Origin: Pelagomonas calceolata
Lineage: Eukaryota
Assembly: GCA_918797485.1 (NCBI GenBank)
Contig: CAKKNE010000001.1
Location: forward strand, 6,014,001-6,078,000
Direction: 5' to 3'
DNA: 64,000 nucleotides
In this document: positions 40,987 through 50,898 of the stretch, one piece after another
Position numbering within the stretch: the stretch's first letter is position 1
Layout: each line of letters begins with the position of its first letter
The notes under the pieces: generated by a model
Seen by the model: only the letters and a program-made list of their open reading frames with translations
Told to the model about the DNA's origin: nothing
The model's database searches: none
Made by a program: the position numbers and the translations under genes

Positions 40987-43407
40987 TTAGACGCTACTGA
41001 CTTCCCACCACACACGATCTCCAGAGGAATCCTCGCATTCGACCTTGGGGTACCGGGGCGGCGTCGCAGAGGTGTACCGGGGCGGCGGCGGGGGGAGGTC
41101 CAGGGAGCGACGACGCCATCGCGCGGACTTCGCGTCGACGGTGCTAGGGGCATGTGGTGGGGGCGGCGGCCGGTGGTGGCGCGCCGGCGGCGGATGTTTG
41201 GCTTGTGGTGGCGGCCGGTGCTGGCGCGCCGGCGGCGGATGCGTGGCTTCCGGTGATGCGTTGACGGGTAGCTGAGGCGCGCGGCTTTTTTGCCGCCCGC
41301 GAGCCCAGGCTATTCGTCCTCCGAGGGCGGTGAAGGAGACGACGACGAACGACGCGTAGAGCATGAGGGCAGCATTGCTGAGAAGCGGGTCCGTTTTCCC
41401 GGTGACCTTTTGTGCAGCCGTCTCCAGAATGGTGGGCCGCGCCGTGGGCACGCGCGTCGGGCTCGGAACGGGCTGGTTCGTGGGTCGCGGCGTCGGGGCG
41501 GGTTGGGGCCGAAGCGTCGGCACCGTCGTCGGTCGCGGCGAAGGTCGCTGCGTCGGCCGCGGCGAGGGCCTCGGAGACGGCGCAGGCGACGGCGCAGGCG
41601 TCGGTCGCTTCGTTGGCGTCGAGCTTGGTCTCGGCGTCGGCGCGAAGACAGGAGACGCCGTCGGGTTGCCGGGCTCGGGCGTCGGCGAGGGCGAAGGTCG
41701 CGTCGTCGGTCCCGCGGATGGTCCGGGGGAGGGCGCCGCCGACGGCTCATACGTGGGCCCGGGCGAAGGCAGATATGTCGGCACCGGCGAAGGCGACGAA
41801 GTCGGTTCCAGCGTTGGGGCAGGCGATGGTCGCAGCGTCGGTGCACGAGTCGGACCGGGTATCGGCGCCGTTGTTGGTGCGGGCGTAGGCCGCAGCGTGG
41901 GCATTGGGATCGGCTTGCGCGACGGGGCCGCGGTCGGCGCGGGCGAGGGCCGGAGCGACGGCGCAGGCGTCGGCCGCGGCGAGGGCGCCGGCGACGGTTG
42001 GGGCGTGGGCCGCGGCGTGGGCACAAAGGAGGGCGCCGGCGTGGGCCGTGGCGTCGGCGCAGGCGTAGGGCGCGACGACGGCGCCGGCGACGGTTCGGGC
42101 GTGGGCCGCGGCGTGGGCACAAATGAGGGCGCCGGCGTCGGCCGCGGCGTGGGCATTGGTGTCGGGCGCGAGGACGGCGCCGACGAGGGCTCCGGTGAGG
42201 GTCGCGGCGTGGGCACAAACGAGGGCGCCGGCGTCGGTCGCGAAGAGGGGCCCGGCGTCGGGCCCGGCGTCGGCCCGGGCGACGGCAAAAACGTGGGCTT
42301 GGGGCTCGGCGCCGGCGTGGGTCTTGCCGTCGGCGCAAAGACGGGAGACGCCGTCGGGCTGCCCGGTGTGACCGACGGCGCGGGCGTAGGTCGTGTGGTC
42401 GGCCCCGGGCTCGGCGCCGGAGACGGGCTCGGCGTTGGGCGCGTGCTGGGCGCGGGCGTCGGTCGCGGCGTAGGCGTCGACGTCGGCTGAGGCGTAGGCT
42501 TCGCGGACGGCGCCGAGGTCGGAAGTGGCGTCGGTCGCGGCGTCGGCCGGGGCGTAGGCGCCGGCGAGGGCAGCGGCGTCGGTTGAGGCGTCGGAGCCGG
42601 CGACGGCGCGACGGTCGGATGTGGAGTTGGCCGCGGCGTCGGCGCAGGTGTCGGGCGCGACGACGGCGCCGGCGACGGTTCGAGCGTGGGCCGCGGCGTG
42701 GGCACAACCGAGGGCGTCGGCGTGGGCCGTGGCGTCGGAGTAGGTGTAGGGCGCGAGGACGGCGCCGGCGAGGGCTCTGGCGAGGGTCGTGGCGTGGGAG
42801 CCGGCGACGGCGCGGGCGACGGCCTAGCCGTAGGCGAGGGCGTCGGCGGCGGCGTCGGCCGAGGCGAGGGCGCGTGCGACGGTCGCACTGATGGCGCGGA
42901 CGTCGGTCGCAGCGACGGCTGTTCGCTCGGCCGCGGCGTAGGTCCGGGCGTCGGTCTAACCGTAGGTCCAGCCGTGGGCCGTGGTATCGGCGCGGCCGTC
43001 GGTCCCGACGAGGGCGCGGGCGTGGGTCTCGGCGTCGGCGCGGACGTCGGTCGCAGCGACGGCGCGGGCGTCGGCTGCGGCGTCGAACAGTCGTACGTGA
43101 AACTCTCGCAGTCCAAGCCCTCAGTCTCGGCGAGGTCCGCGTAGCCGCACTCGACCCACGCCTCGTACTCCGCGGGGCACTCCGCGGGCCCGCTCGCGCA
43201 CCGGTCGTTGAAGGTCGCGGACGCGCCGGCGCAGTCGGGCAGCGACATGCTCTCGTCGTCGTCGTCCCAGTACGTGAACGGGTCTTCGTCGTACGTAAGG
43301 TCCGTCGCGGCCGTATAACATGTCTGGAAGGCTGACTCTTCGGCGGCGCAGGAGGAGGACACCAGGCGCGCCCGCAGCCCCACGACGAGGAGGACGATGT
43401 ACTTCAT
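40987..43407 (-). CDS. Pro/Thr/Ser-rich mucin/extensin-like cell-surface protein
   Basis: Signal peptide, Cys-rich acidic domain, long P[TS]xx tetrapeptide repeat stalk and [17 protein letters not shown]. Confidence 0.8.
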   Translation of the reverse strand: MKYIVLLVVGLRARLVSSSCAAEESAFQTCYTAATDLTYDEDPFTYWDDDDESMSLPDCAGASATFNDRCASGPAECPAEYEAWVECGYADLAETEGLDCESFTYDCSTPQPTPAPSLRPTSAPTPRPTPAPSSGPTAAPIPRPTAGPTVRPTPGPTPRPSEQPSLRPTSAPSVRPSHAPSPRPTPPPTPSPTARPSPAPSPAPTPRPSPEPSPAPSSRPTPTPTPRPTPTPSVVPTPRPTLEPSPAPSSRPTPAPTPRPTPHPTVAPSPAPTPQPTPLPSPAPTPRPTPRPTPLPTSAPSAKPTPQPTSTPTPRPTPAPSTRPTPSPSPAPSPGPTTRPTPAPSVTPGSPTASPVFAPTARPTPAPSPKPTFLPSPGPTPGPTPGPSSRPTPAPSFVPTPRPSPEPSSAPSSRPTPMPTPRPTPAPSFVPTPRPTPEPSPAPSSRPTPAPTPRPTPAPSFVPTPRPTPQPSPAPSPRPTPAPSLRPSPAPTAAPSRKPIPMPTLRPTPAPTTAPIPGPTRAPTLRPSPAPTLEPTSSPSPVPTYLPSPGPTYEPSAAPSPGPSAGPTTRPSPSPTPEPGNPTASPVFAPTPRPSSTPTKRPTPAPSPAPSPRPSPRPTQRPSPRPTTVPTLRPQPAPTPRPTNQPVPSPTRVPTARPTILETAAQKVTGKTDPLLSNAALMLYASFVVVSFTALGGRIAWARGRQKSRAPQLPVNASPEATHPPPARQHRPPPQAKHPPPARHHRPPPPPHAPSTVDAKSARWRRRSLDLPPPPPRYTSATPPRYPKVECEDSSGDRVWWEVSSV

Positions 43408-43990
43408 TTTATTTTATCTGTGCGGCTCGCACAATCAATTACAACAGAGAGAACGAAAGGGGGAGTGCTTTGCAGTGCTCCAAGCAGCGCGCCCGGCCGC
43501 AAAGGGCTGCACGGTGATGGGGCGGTCAGCGGCGGTCGCCTGCGAGCTGCAGTCGTTCTCTCGACACAGCCGGAAGGAGATCGAAGTCTGGACACTCCTT
43601 CGGAGGCGACATCCAAACGATCGAGGCCCGCTAGTGTCTCCCCGCACGCGGTCCCGCAAGGCTCGCCTACTCGTCTGTGGGTACTTCTAGGGCGTGGAAC
43701 GATGCCGACGCGACACGGGCTCGCGGGTATTTCACATCGATCAGTTGATCCGCTCGAGGCGCTGGCCGGGCTGCCTTGAGCGTCGATCCAGCAAAATCGT
43801 CTGATTTCGAAGGCGCCTGGCTGCCCCTGCACGCGTCGTCGCGTTTGGTGGCGTCTCGTCAGCCCCGCGCGTCGATTCAGCTCACAGCTTTGTAAGGCAA
43901 ACCCCAGTGGCCGCCCCCGCCCGCGCGTCGTTGGAAAGCAGCCATCAATCACCAGGCAAACCCCCTCTCTGGACGCATCAATCAATCACC

Positions 43991-44383
43991 ATGTTCGGCC
44001 CACCACTGCCGATGGGCAAAAAAGGCACGCGGTACGAGCGCGTCGGTGACCCCTGGCACCCGCGGCCCCTCCGCGTCGTGAAGGGCGCGCGGCGCCCTTT
44101 TCAGGCGACCTGCGCGCCGTCCGTCGACGCCGCGGACGGCAAGGCGTGGCACTGGGAAGGAGATAGGACGGGCCGCGGCCCGGCGAAGCTCGTCTTCGGT
44201 GTAGCATCCGAGGCGAAGGAGTCGAAAGAAGAGGAGAAAAAGGAGGAGACAACGCCGCGGCGGAAGGAAGCGAAGCCGGACCCGCTCGACGCGGTCGCGA
44301 AGGCGCTCTCCACGAGTCCGGCCGAGGCCAAGCCCGAGGCGAAGGAAGCGCCGCCATCCGTGACGCGACGACTAAAAAGATAA
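43991..44383 (+). CDS. Hypothetical protein
   Basis: ORF with ATG in caccATG context and a charged C-terminus. Confidence 0.5.
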   Translation: MFGPPLPMGKKGTRYERVGDPWHPRPLRVVKGARRPFQATCAPSVDAADGKAWHWEGDRTGRGPAKLVFGVASEAKESKEEEKKEETTPRRKEAKPDPLDAVAKALSTSPAEAKPEAKEAPPSVTRRLKR

Positions 44384-44398
44384 ACACAACATATTATG

Positions 44399-44767
44399 TC
44401 ATCGCGCCTTCCCAAGGACGCCGTAGCGCCGCAGCGCCCGCGACACGGCCGGCGTCAAAGCGGCAGCGAGCGGCAGCTTCACGGGCACGAAGAGCTTCGT
44501 GACGAGCATCGTCGTCACGAAGGTCGAGCCGTGGCGAAGCTTGTCCGTCGGCGCGCCCGCGGCGTCGAGGGCGCCGATGTCCGTCATCCAGGGCTTCAGG
44601 TCGAGGCCCGCCATCGCCGCGTGGCTCACGATCTCTAATATAAAGGGCGACGGGTCGTAGCCGAAGGTCAGCGTCGCGTAGATCGTGCTGAAGAACGTCA
44701 GCGTGACGGAGCTGTACGAGATGGCGGCCGCGGGGCCGTATTTCTGCATCAAGGCGCGCAGCGCCAT
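44399..44767 (-). CDS. FAM210/DUF1279-like protein
   Basis: KYGPAAAISY and KLFVPVKLPLAAALTPAVSRAL. The start may lie further upstream. Confidence 0.7.
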   Translation of the reverse strand: MALRALMQKYGPAAAISYSSVTLTFFSTIYATLTFGYDPSPFILEIVSHAAMAGLDLKPWMTDIGALDAAGAPTDKLRHGSTFVTTMLVTKLFVPVKLPLAAALTPAVSRALRRYGVLGKAR

Positions 44768-44989
44768 CGTGTACTGTCCGGTCCGCGCGTAGATATCGAG
44801 CGACGCCAGCGGTCGCGTTACCAGGCTCCAAAAACAGCTGTGTCTGCAAGGGGGCTCCTCACGGTGTATGGCTCGTACCGCTGGAATCCCCCGAGGCGCT
44901 GCAACAAAAACTATTGATTGTAGCTCCTAGCGTCTATTTTTGAGGGCGAATCGGCCTTTTAATAGGCTTTTATGCAGTGCCAGCAGCTT

Positions 44990-45012
44990 GCTAGTGTCTT
45001 ACAGGCCGCTAG
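44990..45012 (-). promoter_or_regulatory. Dispersed upstream CTAG motif (copy 6)
   Basis: gctagtgtcttacaggccgctag is the exact reverse complement of 3994-4016. Confidence 0.6.
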
Positions 45013-45165
45013 ATAATATCGAGCTGCAGCAAAAGCGCCCAAAACGCAGCAGCTACTAGCTTATTGACGCAGCGTGCGTGCTTTGAAATCTTCCCACATA
45101 GCCCAGGTGCCAGTGAGCGAGCAAAACTTCGATCACCGGCCCCAGCGAGGGAGAACCCCAAAAGC

Positions 45166-45365
45166 AAGCGAGGAGCCGCTGTTTCACCGCAACCACCCGG
45201 TACCAACATGCCCATACCCTTTATTCTCTAACAATATGACCTAAACAGAGCGAGTAAACGCACCCAAAGCGAGGCTGCTATTTCACCCCAACGCTTCCAT
45301 TACCGCAACTACTTCGGTACCAAAATGTTATTATCATTCATACCCTAAAATATGACATAAATCAG
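45166..45365 (+). repeat. Imperfect tandem duplication, each unit ending in a 49-nt GT-AG intron candidate (45200-45248, 45317-45365)
   Basis: aagcgagg...tttcacc...cggtaccaa...aatatgacctaaacag / aatatgacataaatcag. Confidence 0.65.
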
Positions 45366-45370
45366 GACCA

Positions 45371-46069
45371 ATGGTGAACCTCAAGTGCGACGAGACCTGC
45401 AAGGGCGGCGACAACTGCACGAACTCGCGGATCTACATCAGCGGGTTGCCCAAGGGCTGCACCGCCGACGACATCACGGACATGTTCGGCGGCCTGGGGA
45501 CGATCGCCCGCGAGCGGCCCCAGGGCCGCGGCGTCTTCCCGGACATGATGCCCTACCGCGTCAAGTTTTATGGGAACGACGACTGCCTCCTGCACTACGA
45601 GGACCCGCACGCGGCGCACGCGGCCCCCAGCTTTTTTGATGGGCAAGAACTGAAGGGGTCGAAGCTCCACGTCGAGATGGCCGAGAAGAAGCCGAACCAG
45701 GGCTTGCCCGCAGGGTATTATATACCTCCGGAGGCCAAGGGCCAGTCCTACGGCAATCAAGGGGGCGGCGGGCGCGGCCCGGGACCTCGTGGTGGCAACT
45801 ACGGCCCACCGGGGGGGCACTACGGCGGCGGCGGCGGCGGCGGCTATGCTCCGCGGCGCGACGACCGCCGGGGCGGGGGCGACTACGGCCGCCGCGACGA
45901 CCGCCGCGACTACGACCGCCGCGACCGCCGCGACGACTACGGCCGCGACCGGTCGCGCCGGTCGCGCAGCCGCGACCGCGACCGCGACCGCCGGGGCTAC
46001 GGCGGCGACCGCGGCCGCGACCGCCGGTCCCGCTCGCGGTCGCGCGGCCGGCGCCGCGGCGGCTACTGA
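45371..46069 (+). CDS. FET (TAF15/FUS)-type RRM protein with RG/RD/RS-rich tail
   Basis: RIYISGLP, YEDPHAAHAAPSFFDG, LHVEMAE; RGG and RS/RD repeats. Confidence 0.85.
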   Translation: MVNLKCDETCKGGDNCTNSRIYISGLPKGCTADDITDMFGGLGTIARERPQGRGVFPDMMPYRVKFYGNDDCLLHYEDPHAAHAAPSFFDGQELKGSKLHVEMAEKKPNQGLPAGYYIPPEAKGQSYGNQGGGGRGPGPRGGNYGPPGGHYGGGGGGGYAPRRDDRRGGGDYGRRDDRRDYDRRDRRDDYGRDRSRRSRSRDRDRDRRGYGGDRGRDRRSRSRSRGRRRGGY

Positions 46070-46141
46070 GTTCTGCTGCTCTCGCGCGCAGCGTCCGCCC
46101 GAAGTAAGAGGCACTCTATACTGACTTCTTCTCGCCGCGCA

Positions 46142-46160
46142 GCTAGCGAAAGACACTAGC
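46142..46160 (+). promoter_or_regulatory. Dispersed upstream CTAG motif (copy 7)
   Basis: gctagcgaaagacactagc, 125 bp before the ATG at 46285. Confidence 0.55.
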
Positions 46161-46284
46161 AAACACAAGCACGAGCGTCGAGCTTATATGGCTGCCCCAG
46201 GCCGCATCGATGGAGATAACGACTGAATAATAATCACAGGGCATCCTACCACACGCTGCGCCCGCGCTGACGAAGCCTGCATAG

Positions 46285-46989
46285 ATGGAAGGGCCGCAAC
46301 CACCAAGGCAACCACCGAGCGGCCCCGTCCCACCCTTCGTGCAGCAGCTCGGGCGCATGATGCAAGAGAAACAAATAGCCTGGTCCGACGCCGGCGACGA
46401 GGTCGTCGTCGCGGACACGAAGCGCTTCGCCGACGAGGTCTGCCCCCTGTACTTTAAGCATCGGAACTGGACGTCGTTTGCGCGGATGATGAACATGTAC
46501 GATTTCGTGAAGACGCCGGACGGCTCCGGCGCGCGCTTCCGGCATCCGCACTTCCGCCGCGGTGCGGAGAATGAACGGTGGCGCGTCCAGCGGCGGCGGA
46601 GCACCACGAAGAAGCGGCCGTCCACGGACAACACGGACGTCTGGGTCCGGCGCGGCCTCGTGCTCGAGCGGCGCGTCGCCAAGCTCGCGGAGGAGAACGC
46701 CCTCCTCCGACGCGTGCGCGACGTCGACGCGGCCATGGCGGCGCCGCCCCCGCCGTCGCTGGCCCCGCCGCCGGCGCCCCCGGGCGACGCCTCGTCGTGG
46801 GGCCTCTTCGGCCTCGAGGACTTCTTCTCGTCGACCGTAGATAGGTGCTGCCGCGTCGACGACGCGGCGCCGACGCCATCGGACGCCGAGGTGCGCCACT
46901 TCGCCGTGGCGGACGACAACCCCATGGATTTTGATTGGGACGAGGAGATGCTCGACCAGACGCTCGAGCGGCCGCGGATAGATCTGTAG
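46285..46989 (+). CDS. Heat-shock-factor-type transcription factor
   Basis: IAWSDAG, PLYFKHRNWTSFARMMNMYDFVK, FRHPHFRRG, followed by a coiled coil. Confidence 0.9.
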   Translation: MEGPQPPRQPPSGPVPPFVQQLGRMMQEKQIAWSDAGDEVVVADTKRFADEVCPLYFKHRNWTSFARMMNMYDFVKTPDGSGARFRHPHFRRGAENERWRVQRRRSTTKKRPSTDNTDVWVRRGLVLERRVAKLAEENALLRRVRDVDAAMAAPPPPSLAPPPAPPGDASSWGLFGLEDFFSSTVDRCCRVDDAAPTPSDAEVRHFAVADDNPMDFDWDEEMLDQTLERPRIDL

Positions 46990-47007
46990 TAGTAACGTGA
47001 TGTATGT

Positions 47008-48180
47008 TTACTCGCCCAAGCCCGGGATCGTGCGCGTCCGCAGCTGGCGCCGCTCCGAGTGCCGCCGCTTGCGCTCGCCCGTCAGCAGGAACATGCGTCT
47101 TTCTTCTTCGGTAAATCCTCTAGTTTGGCGATCATAATGCATCGTCACGTCCACCGGCGGCCCCCCAAACACCTGGCCGTAGACGGCGCAGTGCACGTGC
47201 GCCGCGCCCGCCGGCCGCCGCGGCAGCACGCCGTCGTCGACGACGCCGAACACGTCGGGCCCGCCCAATGCCCCAGCGTCCTCGTGCGCCTGACAGGCCA
47301 TGTCCCACGAGATGCCCGGGTCGCGGTCGACGATGCAGCCCGTTCCTCTAATATTCATCTTCTTGTGCGTCGCCTGGTGGTACCGCTCCTCGACGGTGCC
47401 CGTCCGCGTCCGTTTCAGGAAGTCTCTCGAGAAGGCGCCGGCATCTTTCCTAGGAGGCGCCCGGAACGCCAAAGCTGGCGTCGAGCACCGCGCGAGCGGC
47501 AACGCCCGTCTCAAAGTCAAGGTAGCACCCCTCTCGGGGTCCGCGAAACGGTTGCCCAGCGCCGCGTGGCGCGCCTCATTTGTCAACCCGCTGTGGTCGC
47601 GCCCAAAGGCGTGCGACTGCGTCTCCCAGTCGACGGAACTCTCGGGCGGCAGGAGCGACTTTCGCGGCGGCGGGATGCCCGTGAAGAAGGCCTCCATCTT
47701 CTTGGCGTGCTCCCAGGGGTTCCTACTGAAGGTCGAGTTGCCCATGGACTTGCCGTCTCCTTCAAAACTCACGAGCTTCCGGCCGAAGGGCTGGCCGAGC
47801 GCGCGCGGCGGCGGGCCGCGCGGCGGCGCCATTTCGTTCGCTTCATCTAAAAGCCAGTCCTGCTCGCCCGGCGGTAATGCTGGGCGCCGGACGATGGCGA
47901 CGGGCCGCGGCGCCGGTTTCGGCGTACTCCGGCCCGTGCGCCGCGAGCTCGCGTACGTCGTGTCACCGCCACCTGACAGCGCGTCCCAGGGGTTGCCCTT
48001 GGGCGCGTCCATGACGCTGCGCTCCTGGCCTCCAAGGCCGATCTGCCGGATCGAGTGTTCCGTCGACGAGTCGCCGTGCTCACTGGCCGCGAGCCCGGTG
48101 CCCACCGCAGCCTGGGCGGCCAGGTCGCGCTTCTGTTTGCGCGCGAGGGCCCGCATGTGGAGCTCGGCCTCGAGACGCAT
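47008..48180 (-). CDS. Hypothetical protein
   Basis: 390-aa ORF with balanced composition; no recognised domain. Confidence 0.6.
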   Translation of the reverse strand: MRLEAELHMRALARKQKRDLAAQAAVGTGLAASEHGDSSTEHSIRQIGLGGQERSVMDAPKGNPWDALSGGGDTTYASSRRTGRSTPKPAPRPVAIVRRPALPPGEQDWLLDEANEMAPPRGPPPRALGQPFGRKLVSFEGDGKSMGNSTFSRNPWEHAKKMEAFFTGIPPPRKSLLPPESSVDWETQSHAFGRDHSGLTNEARHAALGNRFADPERGATLTLRRALPLARCSTPALAFRAPPRKDAGAFSRDFLKRTRTGTVEERYHQATHKKMNIRGTGCIVDRDPGISWDMACQAHEDAGALGGPDVFGVVDDGVLPRRPAGAAHVHCAVYGQVFGGPPVDVTMHYDRQTRGFTEEERRMFLLTGERKRRHSERRQLRTRTIPGLGE

Positions 48181-48360
48181 CGTGGCGGAGGCTGCAGCCG
48201 CGACGGCGTGGAGGGGGCAGCCTTTTAATCGATGGGAGAGCGCGCGCTGCAGGCGCTCCGCTTTGTGGCTGGCGGGATTTTAACCGCGAGCACAGGCCCT
48301 GGAGGGGCGATCATGAAGTCTCCGCGTTTCCCTGACGGTTCGGAAGACGTCCAACGGGAA

Positions 48361-48383
48361 GCTAGCGGCCTGTAAGGCACTAG
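48361..48383 (+). promoter_or_regulatory. Dispersed upstream CTAG motif (copy 8)
   Basis: gctagcggcctgtaaggcactag, between divergent genes. Confidence 0.6.
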
Positions 48384-48620
48384 GGATGCCTAGCAAACTG
48401 GGCTCGCAGTGCAGCATTTTCACGGCCGTCCCCCGGCCTTCAGCGGTGGATCCCCACCGGGAGAGCACAGCTGAAGATTGCCACTAACGTGGGCTTGCGA
48501 TAATCAGAGCGCTTACAGCGTATACCGGCTTACAAGCAGTAAAGACCAGGAAGCCAGCCAGAGCCAGAGCCGGAGAGTGAGCTCAGGAGCACCTGAGAGC
48601 AGTACCAGAGAGCCAGAAAA

Positions 48621-49553
48621 ATGCTGTCCTGGCTCGCGCGATGCTGCGGCTGCGCCGACCGGCGCCGCGACCAATCGCAGAGGGGCCCGGCGGGCGCGCC
48701 GCGCAGCGTGCAGATGACGGACCGCGGCGCGAGCTACGTGCGGCTCCAGCAGGCCCTGGACCAGGCGGCGCAGCAGATGGCGCAGGCCACGGCGGCGGCG
48801 GCGGCGGCGCAGCAGGGCCCGCCGCCGGCGTCGACGAGCGCGCTGAAACGGATCCCCATCGTCCGCGTCGCCGCCGACGACTTGACGAAGGACAACGAGT
48901 GCTGCACGATCTGCCTCGAGGACCACGTGCCGGGCGAGCTCGCGGCGCGCCTCCCCTGCGGCCACCTGTTCCACAAGGACTGCGTCGTGGAGTGGCTGAG
49001 CAGGCACTGCGTCTGCCCGGTGTGCCGTTACGAGCTGCCGACCGACTCTGTGGTCTACGAGCGGACGCGGCGCGAGCACAATCGCGAGGGCGGGCGGCGC
49101 GTGCGCGTGAGGAAGCGCGAGCTCGACGCGATGAACATCCGCGCGCTGCTGGACGTGCTGAAGGCGGCGGGCGAGTCCGCGCGTGGCTGCGTCGAGCGCG
49201 ACGACCTGATTCGACGCGTCCTCACGTCGTCGCGCGTCGACGTCGTCGCCGAGACGACCGTCGAGGTGTCGCGTTCCGAGCTCGACGCGATGTCGCTCGG
49301 CGCGGTGGCGCGCCTCGCGAAGCGGGCGGGCGTCGTGATCGACGGCGCGCTGGAGCGGCCCGACGTCGTCGCATTGCTCGAACAGAGCGGCCGCGTACTT
49401 ATCGTCGACGGTGCGGCGGAGGAGACGACCTCGCCCGTCCCGGCGGCGGCCGGCGACCTCCTGGACGTGTACGAGGACGCCGACGTACCGCCGACGACTC
49501 CGCCCGTCGCCGCGGCGGGCGGCGCGCCTGACGCCGCCGATACTAGTGTGTAA
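48621..49553 (+). CDS. RING-H2 E3 ubiquitin ligase
   Basis: CTICLE...LPCGHLFHKDCVVEWL...CPVCRYELPTD. Confidence 0.9.
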   Translation: MLSWLARCCGCADRRRDQSQRGPAGAPRSVQMTDRGASYVRLQQALDQAAQQMAQATAAAAAAQQGPPPASTSALKRIPIVRVAADDLTKDNECCTICLEDHVPGELAARLPCGHLFHKDCVVEWLSRHCVCPVCRYELPTDSVVYERTRREHNREGGRRVRVRKRELDAMNIRALLDVLKAAGESARGCVERDDLIRRVLTSSRVDVVAETTVEVSRSELDAMSLGAVARLAKRAGVVIDGALERPDVVALLEQSGRVLIVDGAAEETTSPVPAAAGDLLDVYEDADVPPTTPPVAAAGGAPDAADTSV

Positions 49554-49582
49554 TTTTACTCTGTGAAGGTGCCTCTCTCCTA

Positions 49583-50539
49583 CTACGCCTCTTGCGTAAC
49601 CATCCAATTTTCCTGCGGCATGCCCGGCGACGCCTCGGCGGCCGGGCGGTCGCCGCCGTACGTCGTCCGCAGGTTGTAGAGGTTCGCGAAGTTGCTGAAG
49701 TGGGAGGCTTGCGGGTATGACGTCGGCAGCGTTGCCGGCCGGCGCACGGAGGCCTCGGGGTCGAAGATGCTGCGCACGTAGCGGAGCCGGGCGGCGCCGT
49801 CGGTGTCGGCGGCGATCTCGCCGAAGATGAGCTCGCGATCCGAATCCAGGTTCTCCTCTCCCTTGCTCGCGCAGGCCAGAGTGCGCCGCGCGGCGAAGAG
49901 GCCGCGGTCGTCGCCGGAGCCCACGACCACGTCCTGGATCATGACATCAGCCGGTTCGTAGGTCGCGTGGTAGGCGCCTAATGACGCGAGGATGGCGTCC
50001 GGGCCGATGTCGACCCCGAACGGCGACGACGCGACCGAGTCGCTCGACAGAACGTCGCGCTTCAGAACCTCCTTCGTGCCCTTGAAATCCGCGGTCGTCC
50101 AGCCTTCTGCCTTGGCCCGCAGCAGGTGCCGCGTCTCGCCCGCCGTCGCCATGACTTTGCGGTCGTCGGGCGCGCGCGTCCAGGGGCCCTCGCCGGGCGC
50201 CGCGTCGCGGTCGAGCAGCGCGGTCCGGGAGACGTACGCCTCCGCATCGACTAACTTCGAGCCCGGCTGCTGGCTGAACCACGTGCCGCCTCTGGTGCAT
50301 TCCAAGCCTAAATCCGTCTCGTAGCGGAGCGCCCACTCGACGGCCGCGCGCGGCGTGTAGGACCGGAGGCGCGCGTCGTCGACGAGGACGATGCCGATGC
50401 GCGCGTGCCAGGTCGCGCCATCGTGGATGCGCTCCAGCAGCCGCGACGCCGCCGCACGCTCTCCCAGCAATCTAGAGAGAGCACCTTTGCTCTTGTCCTT
50501 AACGACGCCCTTGAGGACGCTTGCGAGGTGGGCTTGCAT
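49583..50539 (-). CDS. Hypothetical protein
   Basis: 318-aa ORF with coding-like composition. Confidence 0.55.
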   Translation of the reverse strand: MQAHLASVLKGVVKDKSKGALSRLLGERAAASRLLERIHDGATWHARIGIVLVDDARLRSYTPRAAVEWALRYETDLGLECTRGGTWFSQQPGSKLVDAEAYVSRTALLDRDAAPGEGPWTRAPDDRKVMATAGETRHLLRAKAEGWTTADFKGTKEVLKRDVLSSDSVASSPFGVDIGPDAILASLGAYHATYEPADVMIQDVVVGSGDDRGLFAARRTLACASKGEENLDSDRELIFGEIAADTDGAARLRYVRSIFDPEASVRRPATLPTSYPQASHFSNFANLYNLRTTYGGDRPAAEASPGMPQENWMVTQEA

Positions 50540-50898
50540 GATTGCGCCTGTCTCGGATGGAGATATGGGCCGGATTTAGGAGCCTGGCTCTCGAAGCCTG
50601 CCGCTCTCAAGGCCGCGTGGTCAAGACGCAGGACTCGTCCCGGCCCCATGAGTCTGTAAGAGATCACGCAGTACGCAAGCCTCCGACACCTTTGAACCCC
50701 ACGCAAGCTCTCGGGCAGAGGCGCTGCAAAGCGGAGCGCCTCATTGCCATTGCACGTCGCGCACCCGAGGCAAGGAACTCCGCAGCGCGCAGCAGGGCGC
50801 CTCATTGCACGTCGACGCGCGCATCGGAGGCTGCCCGAGGCACAACAAGGCACTCCCACGTCTGCCGCGCTCACACCACAAGCTGCCCGCGTGCCATT

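Noticed and set aside
41400..43090. Long repetitive tract considered as CRISPR or satellite
   Set aside because: It is a degenerate 12-nt-period coding repeat (P[TS]xx) with no constant repeat plus unique spacers, and no cas genes are present.
48540..48620. AGAGCC-type short repeats before the RING gene
   Set aside because: Low-complexity 5'UTR sequence with no further structure.
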